From Candidatus Eiseniibacteriota bacterium (lineage in GTDB: Bacteria; Eisenbacteria; RBG-16-71-46; JABDJR01): DNA of 64,000 bases. The DNA is taken from positions 1,408,001 through 1,472,000 of the forward strand of contig CAWANH010000029.1 of assembly GCA_963783375.1 (NCBI GenBank), read 5' to 3'. Below the pieces are notes generated by a model. The model ran no database searches and was not told the origin of the DNA. It worked only from the letters and a program-made list of their open reading frames with translations. The position numbers were made by a program, and so were the translations under genes. Of the stretch, positions 18,285 through 27,352 are shown one piece after another; position 1 is the stretch's first letter; each line of letters begins with the position of its first letter.

Positions 18285-18969
18285 GTGATCCTCACCCCCG
18301 CCGAATGGTCGGCGCTTCGCATGTCGCTGCTCGTGGCCGGGGCGTCCCTGGTGGTGGCGCTCCCCGCGGGGGTGGCCCTGGGCTGGATCTTCGCCCGGCG
18401 CCGGTTCTTCGGCAAAGCCGTGCTCGAGGCGGTGGTCTTCCTCCCCCTGGTGCTTCCGCCGGTGGTGACCGGGTACCTGTTGTTGATGGTCTTCGGCCGG
18501 AACGGCTGGGTGGGACGGCTGCTCTGGGACGTTCTCGGTCTCCAGGTGGTGTTCACCTGGGTGGGGATGGCCCTGGCCGCGGCGGTGGTGGGGCTCCCGC
18601 TCCTGGTTCGCGCGGTCCGCCTCACCTTCGAGGGGGTGGATCCCGGGCTGGAGTCCGCCGCCCGTACCCTGGGGGCGGGACCCTGGCGGACCTTCTGGCG
18701 GGTGACGTTGCCGCTGGCGCGGCCGGGGATCGTGGCCGGAGGGCCTCCTGGCTTTCGCCCGCGGGCTGGGCGAGTTCGGGGCCACGGTCATGGTGGCGCC
18801 CAACGTGGCCGGCACCCGGACCCTGGCCCTGGAGATCTATCGCCAGGCCGCGATCCCCGGGGGGGAGGCCGCGGTCGGCCGGCTGGCGCTCATCTCCATC
18901 GCCCTCTCACTGGCCGCGCTCCTCGGGACCGAGTGGTTCGGCCGGCGCGGGCGGAGGCGTGAGCGATGA
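18285..18969 (+). pseudogene. modB: Molybdate ABC permease with a 1-nt frameshift near 18741 (possibly a sequencing error)
   Basis: LPLVLPPVVTGYLLL and the EAA loop are in frame; the conserved LAFARGLGEFGAT continues in the shifted frame to TGA 18969. Confidence 0.85.
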
Positions 18970-19210
18970 TCCGGGCGGCGCGCACCCCCATGATCCTTGA
19001 CCTGGGTGGGTCCTCCACCGCCGATCGTTCCGAAAGGCGGGCGCGATGAGGCGGGCGGCGCGCACCCCCATGATCCTGGGTCCGGGCAGGTCCTCGACCG
19101 CCGAACGCTCCGAAAGGCGGGCGCGGTGAGGCGGGCGGCGCGCACCCCCATGATCCTTGGTCCTGGGCGGGTCCTCGACCGCCGAACGCTCCGAAAGGCG
19201 GGCGCGGTGA
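18966..19210 (+). repeat. Three tandem 80-81 bp repeats between modB and modC
   Basis: Unit ...CGGGCGGCGCGCACCCCCATGATCCT...CCGAAAGGCGGGCGCG(A/G)TGA starting at about 18966, 19046 and 19126. Confidence 0.9.
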
Positions 19211-20262
19211 TCCGCATCGATCTGGATCTACGTCGCGGATCCTTCCCGGTGACGATGGCCTTCGAGTCCGGGGCCCGGGTGAGCGGGCTGTTCGGCCCCT
19301 CGGGGAGCGGCAAGACCACCGTGCTCATGGCCCTGGCCGGGCTCCTGACCCCGCTCCGCGGCCACGTCGAGATCGGCGGGACCGTCCTCTTCGATTCGGC
19401 CCGGAACGTGAACCTGCCTCCGGAGAAACGCCGGGTGGGGATGGTCTTCCAGGAGGGCCGGCTCTTCCCCCACATGAGCGTGCGCGAGAACCTCGAGTTC
19501 GCCCGCCCCCTTCGCACCGTGACCGGGCCGGGGTTCGACGAGGTGGTGCACCTGTTCGATCTCGAGCCGCTCCTCCCGCGCGCGGTGGACGCGATCTCGG
19601 GAGGGCAGGCCCGGCTGGTGGCGGTGGCCCGGGCGCTCCTGGTGAAACCCCGGCTCTTGCTCCTGGACGAGCCCATGACCGGCCTCGACCCCGATCTCCG
19701 CCGCCGGGTGCTGGCGTATCTCCTGCGGCTCCGCGAGACCATGGACGTCCGGGTGCTCCTGGTGAGCCATGTCTTCTCGGATTTTCTGGCCCTGGTCGAG
19801 GAAATGGCCCTGGTGAGGGGCGGGGCCCTGGCCGCGTTCGGCCCGCCGGAAGAGCTCATGGGGTCGGCCCTGGACGGGGCCGAGGCCGGATCGGTGGAGA
19901 CCACCCTCTCGGGAAAGGTCGTCGAGACGGTGGAGGGGCGGGCGGTGGTCGCGTGCGGGGGGGCGCGGCTGGAGCTGTCGTTGCCTTCGGCGCGCGTGGG
20001 GTCCGAGGCCTACGTGACCGTGGGCGCCGAGGACGTGCTGGTCGCGGTGGGCGGCGCCCCGGTCACCAGCGCCCGGAACGCGATCCCCGGCCGGGTGCTC
20101 GAGCTTCGACCGGCGGGGGCCAATGTCCTGGTGGCGGTGAACGCGGGCCCGGTGATCTGGGCCGAGATCACCCGGCGCTCGATCGAGGACCTGGGGATTG
20201 CTACGGGGCGCGAGGTGCATCTGTTGGTCAAGTCGAGCGCGCTTCGGGGGGTGGTGATCTGA
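19207..20262 (+). CDS. modC: Molybdate ABC transporter ATPase with TOBE domains
   Basis: GPSGSGKTT, VFQEGRLFPHMSV, ISGGQ, LLLLDEP, SARNAIPG. Confidence 0.92.
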   Translation: MIRIDLDLRRGSFPVTMAFESGARVSGLFGPSGSGKTTVLMALAGLLTPLRGHVEIGGTVLFDSARNVNLPPEKRRVGMVFQEGRLFPHMSVRENLEFARPLRTVTGPGFDEVVHLFDLEPLLPRAVDAISGGQARLVAVARALLVKPRLLLLDEPMTGLDPDLRRRVLAYLLRLRETMDVRVLLVSHVFSDFLALVEEMALVRGGALAAFGPPEELMGSALDGAEAGSVETTLSGKVVETVEGRAVVACGGARLELSLPSARVGSEAYVTVGAEDVLVAVGGAPVTSARNAIPGRVLELRPAGANVLVAVNAGPVIWAEITRRSIEDLGIATGREVHLLVKSSALRGVVI

Positions 20263-20450
20263 GGAGCGCCCGGGAGCGCGTCTCACCCAGCTCATGCAGG
20301 ACGCCGCAATGACATCGCGCGTTTGCATTGCATGAGTTCGGCTGGGTTGGGAAGACGCCGTGGTGCCGGACCGCGCCCATCGCCACTCGGGCTCATCCGG
20401 AGTTCAGGAGCGCCCGGGAGCGCGTCTCACCCAGCTCATGCAGGACGCCG
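20262..20450. repeat. 45-bp exact direct repeat (20262-20306 and 20406-20450)
   Basis: AGGAGCGCCCGGGAGCGCGTCTCACCCAGCTCATGCAGGACGCCG occurs twice; the second copy is inside the 3' end of the HNH gene. Confidence 0.9.
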
Positions 20451-22081
20451 TGGCACCCGGAGCAGAGGGTTACGAGATTCTCCGCCCGGTTCGAGCCGCC
20501 CGCGGCCCGCGGGCGCACGTGGTGCACCTCCAGAAAGCGGCTCCGTCCGCAGCCGGGCATTCGGCAGCGATGGGCGTCCCGGACCAGAACCTCCCGCCGC
20601 ACCTTGGGGGGAATCGCGGCACGGTTCTTCTCCCCCGGTTGCCGGATTCGGGCATCGCAGAGGACGGCTTCCAGCTGGTGACGGCTCACCGCCCGCTCGC
20701 CGCGGCCGGTACCAACGAACCCGCGGCCGCAGTCCTCGCACCGGCGGACGAAGACCTGGTAGGGCGGGTGGGCCGGCGCCGTCTGCCGGGCTATCCCGGA
20801 CCCTTCCGCTTTCCCCGGGTATCTACTTGTGGCGCTTGTGATTGACTGAGGTTCAACCGGAGCCGCCGGCTGGGAACCACCGGCCGTTCCTGGCAACTGG
20901 GAATCACCGGCCGGGCCGGCTGGGTGGGAATCGCCGGCCGGGCCGGCTGGGTGGGAATCGCCGGCCATTGCGACCGAGTGGGAACCACGGGCCGGGGCGG
21001 GCGGTTGGGAACCACCGGCCCTCCCGGCCCGCGGTGCGCTTTCAATCCCCCGCCGCTCACTCAGGAGCGCCTCGAGCGCGGCGAGGAGGATCTCGTTCCG
21101 GCTGCCCTTCTCGCCGGTCTTCCTGAGGGCTTCGATCAGGGCCTCGTAGCGGGCGTACTCCAGGGGGCTCAACCGATAGCCCAGGTCCACCGGGACCTCC
21201 ACGGCGGGAAAATCCACATCGGCGTCGTCCACGGGGAAAGTCTCCAGGGCTTGGGTATGCGCCGCGAGGGTTCCCGCCGGGTGGGCCTCCGTGGCCGGGG
21301 AGTCGGTTTCCGAGACCGGATCGCCAGGGATCGCCACCGGCGCACCGTTAGACCGCACGTCGCTTGACGCCAGGGCATCCACCCGCACGCCATTCGACCG
21401 CACGTCGCTTGACGCCAGGGCATCCACCCGGACGCCATTCGACCGCACGTCGCTTGACGCCAGGGCATCCACCCGCACGCCATTCGACCGCACGTCGCTT
21501 GACGCCAGGGCATCCACCCGGACGCCGTTCGACCGCACGTCGCTTGATGCCAGGGCATCCACCCGCACGCCGTTTGAGGGTACGCCGCTCGACCTGGCGC
21601 CGTTCGACCGCACGCCATCCGCCCCCTGAACCAACGCGAGCCCGCCCTGGGCCGGATTCCGCCGGCGGGCGGCCCGGGCCCGCGACCGGGTGGCGCGGAT
21701 CTTCCGCTCCAGGGCGCGCCGACTCGAACCCCTGGCCTCCCGGAGCCAGGCCGCCTCGGTCTCGGGGGTGGCCACCCGGGCCACTTCGCGGGCCGTGGTC
21801 CAGGGGACGTCCCCCGACGCGACCGACTTCCTCAACCCCGGGAGGTGCTCCAGCGCCTCGGCAAGCTTCAGGAACTGGGCGGTCTTCCCGGATGAAAATC
21901 CCAACCGCTCCCCGGCGTACTGATGGACGGACGAGTATCCGAGTTCCCGGTAGAGCTTCCGGCGGACCATCTCTCCGAACCATAGGACGGAGCGCTCTTC
22001 GGCGGCCCGGTACTCCTGCAACGCGCCGCGGAGATGCGCATCCACCTCTTCTGCTGAGAGACCGGGGCGATATTCGGCCAT
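20393..22081 (-). CDS. HNH endonuclease with helical (DUF222-like) N-terminus and repeat-expanded linker
   Basis: C-terminal VRREVLVRDAHRCRMPGC...LEVHHV...GGSNRAENLVTLCSGCH; N-terminal LYRELGYSSVHQYA; SD GGAGG before ATG 22081. Confidence 0.88.
   Translation of the reverse strand: MAEYRPGLSAEEVDAHLRGALQEYRAAEERSVLWFGEMVRRKLYRELGYSSVHQYAGERLGFSSGKTAQFLKLAEALEHLPGLRKSVASGDVPWTTAREVARVATPETEAAWLREARGSSRRALERKIRATRSRARAARRRNPAQGGLALVQGADGVRSNGARSSGVPSNGVRVDALASSDVRSNGVRVDALASSDVRSNGVRVDALASSDVRSNGVRVDALASSDVRSNGVRVDALASSDVRSNGAPVAIPGDPVSETDSPATEAHPAGTLAAHTQALETFPVDDADVDFPAVEVPVDLGYRLSPLEYARYEALIEALRKTGEKGSRNEILLAALEALLSERRGIESAPRAGRAGGSQPPAPARGSHSVAMAGDSHPAGPAGDSHPAGPAGDSQLPGTAGGSQPAAPVEPQSITSATSRYPGKAEGSGIARQTAPAHPPYQVFVRRCEDCGRGFVGTGRGERAVSRHQLEAVLCDARIRQPGEKNRAAIPPKVRREVLVRDAHRCRMPGCGRSRFLEVHHVRPRAAGGSNRAENLVTLCSGCHGVLHELGETRSRALLNSG
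20865..21020 (-). repeat. Degenerate 27-bp coding repeats (GDSHPAGPA-like), about 6 copies
   Basis: TGGGAA recurs at 20871, 20898, 20925, 20952, 20979 and 21006. Confidence 0.8.
21351..21575 (-). repeat. 45-bp coding tandem repeat x5 (NGVRVDALASSDVRS)
   Basis: GACCGCACGTCGCTTGACGCCAGGGCATCCACCCG(C/G)ACGCC(A/G)TTC units; degenerate copies continue to about 21620. Confidence 0.92.
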
Positions 22082-22361
22082 GGGAACCTCCAGGAGCTTG
22101 TTTCTACGATTGCTATTCATTTGACTAGTATCGCGTGTGCGAGCACGAGGGTCAACTCTTTATTCTAGATTCGCTCATGAAATCGAAGCACTTGGCCGGC
22201 CCTGACCGCCGCGCCCATCACGAACCCCTTATTGCGAACATTGCTTCCCCGGGGAAGCACGGCCGGCGCGGCCGAGGGGACGGTGCCCCTTCGGATGAGG
22301 CGCGCCTCTGGAGGCGCGATGGGAGCGAAGCGGGACCCGTCGCGCCGAGAGAGCGAGCGCG

Positions 22362-22519
22362 GGAACGTCCAAGCGAACGTTCCGAGCGAGCACGGCGTGC
22401 CGAGCCGATGGGGCCCGGCCCGGACCGCCGCGTCGGAGGAGCGCGTGAAGGAACGTCCGGCGAACGTTCCGAGCGAGCGCGGCGTGCCGAGCCGATGGGA
22501 CCCGGCCCGGACCGCCGCG
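22362..22519. repeat. About 70-bp intergenic direct repeat, 2 copies
   Basis: GGAACGTCC..GCGAACGTTCCGAGCGAGC.CGGCGTGCCGAGCCGATGGG.CCCGGCCCGGACCGCCGCG at about 22362 and 22450. Confidence 0.85.
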
Positions 22520-22719
22520 CCAGAGTTCAGGGCCCGGGGCCCGGTCCGGTGGGCCGCGCCGGAGCCCAGCGCCCCTCCTGCGCATCCCTTGCCCGTGCGC
22601 TACAATCTCCCCTCGGAACGTGGAATCGCTCTCGGCCCGGGTGTTCCGTCCGCCGCCGCCACGAGTACCGCCGGTGCGGCGACAGATCATCCGGATCAGG
22701 CCCCAAAGGAGAACCGCCC

Positions 22720-22932
22720 GTGCCCATCAACAAGGAGTTGCTCGACATCCTGGTCTGCCCCGTATCCCACGCGCCCCTGGTCGTGGACGGCGAGACCCTG
22801 GTCTCGACCGACAAGGAGACCCGCCGCCGCTACAAGATCGATGACGGGATCCCCAACATGCTGATCGAGGAGTCCGAGGAACTGGACGAGGCGACCTGGT
22901 CCGCGATCATGAAGCAGCACGGGAAGGCATGA
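22720..22932 (+). CDS. Trm112/YcaR-family protein
   Basis: ELLDILVCP...L...RRYKIDDGIPNML; SD AAGGAG before GTG. Confidence 0.88.
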   Translation: MPINKELLDILVCPVSHAPLVVDGETLVSTDKETRRRYKIDDGIPNMLIEESEELDEATWSAIMKQHGKA

Positions 22933-23044
22933 TCCGCGGCCGCTCCCCCGCGAGGCCGCAGGTGGGGCCCGGCGTTACACCGCCCGTCCGCCGCCGCTCC
23001 CCCGCGGGGAGGCCGGCGGAGCCTCGCGCCCCTTTCCCCCGGCC

Positions 23045-24178
23045 ATGATCCGCGACGGGGCCCGCCACTTCCTGGACTTCGACGGCGAGACCTACCTGAA
23101 CTGCGCCAACCAGGGGCCGTTGCCTCGGGTGACGATCGCCGAGATCGAGGCGGCGATACCGGTCAAGGCGTACCCGAACCGCGTCGACGACGACATCTAC
23201 TTCCGGATCCCCAACCGCGTCCGCGCCGCCGTCGCTCCCCTGATCGGAGTCCGCCCCGAGGAGATCACCATCGGCACCGGGTCGTCCCACGGGATGAACG
23301 TGGCCGCCCTGGGGTTCCCCTGGCGCGAGGGCGACGAGGTGGTGATCGGATCCAACGAGTTCCCGAGCAACATCTACGTCTGGGCCAACGCGGCCCGCCG
23401 GGCCGGCGCGAAGCCGGTCTTCGTGGACTCCCCCACCCGCACGCTGCCCACGGCAAGGCTCATGGAAGCCATCACCGCCCGCACCCGCGCCGTGGTGGTG
23501 AGCCTGGTGGACTTCGGGAGCGGCGAGGTCCAGGACCTGGACCGCCTGGGGGCGGCCTGCGCCGAAGGCGGGATCTTCCTGGCCGTGGACGCCACCCAGG
23601 CCTGCGGGGTGGTGCCCCTCGATGCCCCCGCCCAGCACGTGAACCTCCTCACCGCGGCCGGCTACAAGTGGATGCTCGGCCCCTACGGGTGCGGGTTCGC
23701 CTGGCTGGATCCGGGGTGGTGGGACCGCATCGCCCCGACCTACGTCACCTGGACCGCGGCCGAGGGCGCGGAGAACTTCAACACCCTCCCCCGCGCGGAC
23801 TGGCAATGGGTGGGGACCGCCCGCCGCTACGATGCCCCCGAGGCGGCGTCGTTCCTGAACCTCTCGGGGTTGGCCCGGAGCGCGGAGTGGATCGGGGAGA
23901 TCGGCCTCGGCGCGATTCACGCGCACGTCACCGGACTGCTGGCGCACCTCGAACGGGATCTGCCGGCGCCGTTTCGCCGCCGGGCCACGCCGTCGGTGGT
24001 GGCCGGGCCGATCCTGGCCATCGAGGCCGACGATCCCGCCCCGGTTCACGCCGCGTATCAGCGCCTCCGCGATGCCCGGATCCGGGTGAGCCTTCGCGAG
24101 GACGCCATCCGGGTCTCGCCCCACGTCTATAACACCGAAGCGGACGTCGAGAGGCTATTGGCGCTTCTGGCCGGGTAG
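23045..24178 (+). CDS. Class V PLP-dependent enzyme (cysteine desulfurase/kynureninase-like)
   Basis: YLNCANQGP, EFPSN, VDATQ, AGYKWMLGPYGCG, IRVSPHVYN. Confidence 0.9.
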   Translation: MIRDGARHFLDFDGETYLNCANQGPLPRVTIAEIEAAIPVKAYPNRVDDDIYFRIPNRVRAAVAPLIGVRPEEITIGTGSSHGMNVAALGFPWREGDEVVIGSNEFPSNIYVWANAARRAGAKPVFVDSPTRTLPTARLMEAITARTRAVVVSLVDFGSGEVQDLDRLGAACAEGGIFLAVDATQACGVVPLDAPAQHVNLLTAAGYKWMLGPYGCGFAWLDPGWWDRIAPTYVTWTAAEGAENFNTLPRADWQWVGTARRYDAPEAASFLNLSGLARSAEWIGEIGLGAIHAHVTGLLAHLERDLPAPFRRRATPSVVAGPILAIEADDPAPVHAAYQRLRDARIRVSLREDAIRVSPHVYNTEADVERLLALLAG

Positions 24179-24224
24179 GGAGCCTCGAGACCGCGAATAC
24201 CGAACCTAGGAGGCCCGCACCGCC

Positions 24225-24863
24225 ATGCCGGATTCCGCCGCCGCCGATCGACGCGAGCAACTCTTCCGCCGCGGACTGCGCCTTGAATATTTCAGCGTCG
24301 CCTGGGATCTGATCGAGGGCGGCGTGGCCTTGGCCGCGGGCATCGTCTCCGGAAGCACCGCACTCATCGCGTTCGGCGCGGACAGCGCGATCGAGGTGAT
24401 CTCGGCCCTCGCCCTGGTCCGGCGATTCCGCGAAGCGGGCCCCGAGGCCACCGAGGAAGAGCACGACGCGGCCGAACGCCGGGCGCTGGGTATCGTGGGG
24501 GTGACGTTCTTCCTGCTCGCGGCCTACGTCGCCTTCGAGAGCGTTCGCGGGCTCGTCCATCACGAGGCCCCGGAGCGCTCCCCGGTGGGGCTGGCGCTGG
24601 CGCTGGTCTCGCTCGTGGTCATGCCGCTGCTGGCCCGCGCCAAGCAGACCACCGGACGGGCGCTGAGGAGCAAGGCGCTCCAGGCCGACGGCGCCGAGAC
24701 CTGGGTCTGCGCGTATCTCTCGCTGGCCCTGGTCCTGGGAACCGGGCTCCACATGCTGTTCGGCTGGTGGTGGGCCGACGACGCGGCGGCGCTGGCCATG
24801 CTACCGGTGTTGCTATGGCAGGGATGGGAGACGCTGGAGGAGGCGCGGGAGGGGGAGGATTGA
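24225..24863 (+). CDS. Cation efflux (CDF-like) membrane protein
   Basis: STALIAFGADSAIE, ALQADG, GWWWAD; about 6 TM segments. Confidence 0.82.
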   Translation: MPDSAAADRREQLFRRGLRLEYFSVAWDLIEGGVALAAGIVSGSTALIAFGADSAIEVISALALVRRFREAGPEATEEEHDAAERRALGIVGVTFFLLAAYVAFESVRGLVHHEAPERSPVGLALALVSLVVMPLLARAKQTTGRALRSKALQADGAETWVCAYLSLALVLGTGLHMLFGWWWADDAAALAMLPVLLWQGWETLEEAREGED

Positions 24864-24965
24864 CCGGGGCGGGTGTCGAGGGCGACCGAGCTGAGGTGCA
24901 CCGCCGGCTGGGGCTCGAAGCTGTGCTATAGTACCGGAGAACCCCCGGGCTTTGGGGAGAAACCC

Positions 24966-26438
24966 GTGAGCCGCCTCCATCTCGTCCTGGCCGCCGTTCT
25001 CCTAGGCATCGCCGTTTCCGCGTCCAGCCCACCGTCCACCTCCGCCTGCACCTGCCGCCCGACGGATCTCCTGAGCGCGCTCCTGGACTCCGACGTCATC
25101 TTCAGCGGCACCGCGGTCTGGTCGGCCGACCCCCGCGCGGGAGAGTCGACCATCAGCAGCGCGGATCCGATCCACTACCACTTCGCGGTGGACCGGGTCT
25201 ACAAGGGCGAAGCTGCGGATAGCCTCCTCGTGATCTCGGCCCGCTTCGGCGCGTCCTGCGGCTACTCGTTCAAGCCCGGCAAGCGCTACCTGGTGTATGC
25301 GTGGGCACACAACGACACCCTTACCACCGGCCTTTGCACCCGGAACGCGCCCCTCGAGCGGGCCGGGGAGGATCTCGCGTTCCTGGAGACCGTCCCCAAC
25401 GGCACCGCGGCGGAGGTGGACGCGGCCCTCACCGCCTCGGCCCGGGACAGTCTGGACGATCCCCGCCCCGAAGTCCGGAGCCGCGCCTTGAGCGTCTACG
25501 CGGCAACCGCGGACCCGGCGGCGGTCCGCCACGCGCTGCTCAAAGCGCTCCAAGACCCCGCGATCCGGGTCCGCGCGACGGCGCTCAATAGCTGGCAACT
25601 CCGGATCGGCCGCGACAACGCGCCCCTGGCCCCCGTCCTGCCCCTCCTCCAGGACCCCGAGCCCTACCTCCGCCAGCTAGCCGTCGGAGCGCTGGCCGGC
25701 GCCCGGCAGAATGCCGACTCCGCGGCGGCCGCGCTGATCCCGCTGACCCGCGACCCCGACCTCGAGGTGCGGCGGGCGGTGGCCAACACCTTGAAGAACC
25801 TGGACGACGCCGCGCCCGCCGCCCGGGAACTGCTGCTCGAGATGTGGCGGACCGATCCCTCGAGCCGGGTCCGGGTGGCGGCGCTTTGCGGCCTACCCGT
25901 GGAACGGCCGCCCTCGGAGGAAACCGTGGCGCGGTTGCAGGCGGCGGCACGGGACACGTCTCCCGAGGTGCGCGCCGCCGCCACCGTGATGCTGGGGTAT
26001 TCCAGCCTCGCCGAGGACCCCTGGTCCGCGGTGCTCCGGGTCGGCCTCCTCGCCGATCCCGACCCGCGGGTGCGCAATTCGGCGGGGACCTCCGTTCGCG
26101 CCCGGGGAACCGACGTCTGGCGCCGCGTCCCGCCCGGGGCCATCCTGCCGGTGCTCGCCGAGGCGGCAAAGGACACCGCGTACGGCGTGTACAGCAGCGC
26201 CCTCGCCGTTCTGGGCATGACCGGACGGCGGGAGGCGGCGCCGATCCTGGTGAGCGCCCTCGACGATCCCCGGGACGCGGTGCGGAACCTGGCGCTCTAC
26301 GCCCTCGGCGACCTGGGACCCGCCGCAGTCACCGCGGTTCCCCGCCTCCGGCAGCTCGAGGCACAGTCCTACGGGCGCACCAAGGCACTGGTGGGCAACA
26401 CCCTGCGGAGGATCGAGGCCTCGGGCGGCGGGCGGTAG
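24966..26438 (+). CDS. Exported TIMP/NTR-like domain fused to HEAT repeats
   Basis: Signal peptide, then A-CTC...DVIFSG...SCGYSF..GKRYLVYA...CTRN; multiple LxDPxPxVRxxA repeats follow. Confidence 0.75.
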   Translation: MSRLHLVLAAVLLGIAVSASSPPSTSACTCRPTDLLSALLDSDVIFSGTAVWSADPRAGESTISSADPIHYHFAVDRVYKGEAADSLLVISARFGASCGYSFKPGKRYLVYAWAHNDTLTTGLCTRNAPLERAGEDLAFLETVPNGTAAEVDAALTASARDSLDDPRPEVRSRALSVYAATADPAAVRHALLKALQDPAIRVRATALNSWQLRIGRDNAPLAPVLPLLQDPEPYLRQLAVGALAGARQNADSAAAALIPLTRDPDLEVRRAVANTLKNLDDAAPAARELLLEMWRTDPSSRVRVAALCGLPVERPPSEETVARLQAAARDTSPEVRAAATVMLGYSSLAEDPWSAVLRVGLLADPDPRVRNSAGTSVRARGTDVWRRVPPGAILPVLAEAAKDTAYGVYSSALAVLGMTGRREAAPILVSALDDPRDAVRNLALYALGDLGPAAVTAVPRLRQLEAQSYGRTKALVGNTLRRIEASGGGR

Positions 26439-26543
26439 ACTCCCGGGTCACGCGGCAAGCCCGAGAGGCCCGGCGTGGAGCCCCGGCCCACCCCCGTGCT
26501 ACCCTCCGCCCGCAATCAACCGACCCATAGGAGCACCCCGCCC

Positions 26544-27311
26544 ATGCGCATCACCACCTGGAACGTGAACTCGGTCCGGGCGCGGCTCGACCGGGTGATC
26601 GCCTGGCTCGAAGCCAACCGGCCCGACCTCCTCTGCATGCAGGAGATCAAGACCCTCGAGGAGACCTTTCCCCGCGAGGCGTTCGAAGCCATCGGCTACC
26701 GGCTGGCCATCCACGGACAGAAGACCTACAACGGGGTGGCGTTCGCCTCGCGCACCGAGCCGGCGGAGATCACCCGCGGCATGCCCGGCGACCCCGAGGA
26801 CGCCGAGGCCCGGATCATCGCCGCCACCGTGGACGGGGTGCGGGTGGTGAACGTCTACGTCGTCAACGGGAAGGCGGTCGGCGACCCCAAGTACGACCAC
26901 AAGCTCGGCTGGCTGGACCGCTTCCGGGACTACCTTCGGACCGAGCTGGAACGGCGCCCCGCGCTCCTCGTCTGCGGCGACTTCAACATCGCCCCCGAGG
27001 ACCGGGACGTCCACGACCCGGACCTCTGGCGCGGCAAGGTGCTTTTCAGCGATCCGGAGAAGGAAAAGTTCCGCGCGCTCCTGGATCTCGGGCTCGCCGA
27101 CGCTCTCCGCCTGCACAATTCCGACGACGGTGTTTATACTTGGTGGGACTATCGCATGGGGGGCTTCCGCCGGAACCTCGGGGTGCGGTTGGATCACTTC
27201 CTGGCCAGCGACGCCGCCGCGGCGCGCATCCGGGAGGTGACCGTCGACCGCGAGGAACGAGGCGGCGAGAAACCCTCCGACCATGCCCCGGTCACCGCGA
27301 TCCTCGACTGA
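26544..27311 (+). CDS. xth: Exodeoxyribonuclease III
   Basis: TWNVNS, QEIK, YNGVA, GDFNIAP, YTWWDYR, SDHAPV. Confidence 0.95.
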   Translation: MRITTWNVNSVRARLDRVIAWLEANRPDLLCMQEIKTLEETFPREAFEAIGYRLAIHGQKTYNGVAFASRTEPAEITRGMPGDPEDAEARIIAATVDGVRVVNVYVVNGKAVGDPKYDHKLGWLDRFRDYLRTELERRPALLVCGDFNIAPEDRDVHDPDLWRGKVLFSDPEKEKFRALLDLGLADALRLHNSDDGVYTWWDYRMGGFRRNLGVRLDHFLASDAAAARIREVTVDREERGGEKPSDHAPVTAILD

Positions 27312-27352
27312 CCGGAGCGGGTGGTCCCGAACCGGGAAACGTGACGCTGCTC

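Noticed and set aside
20262-20450. DGR template/variable repeat pair
   Set aside because: The copies are identical (no adenine-specific changes) and no reverse transcriptase is in the window.
20393-22081. IscB/Cas9-like RNA-guided nuclease
   Set aside because: No PLMP or split RuvC motifs; only a C-terminal HNH domain.
18966-22519. 80-bp, 45-bp and 70-bp repeats as CRISPR arrays
   Set aside because: They are tandem or two-copy repeats without a constant-repeat/unique-spacer structure.
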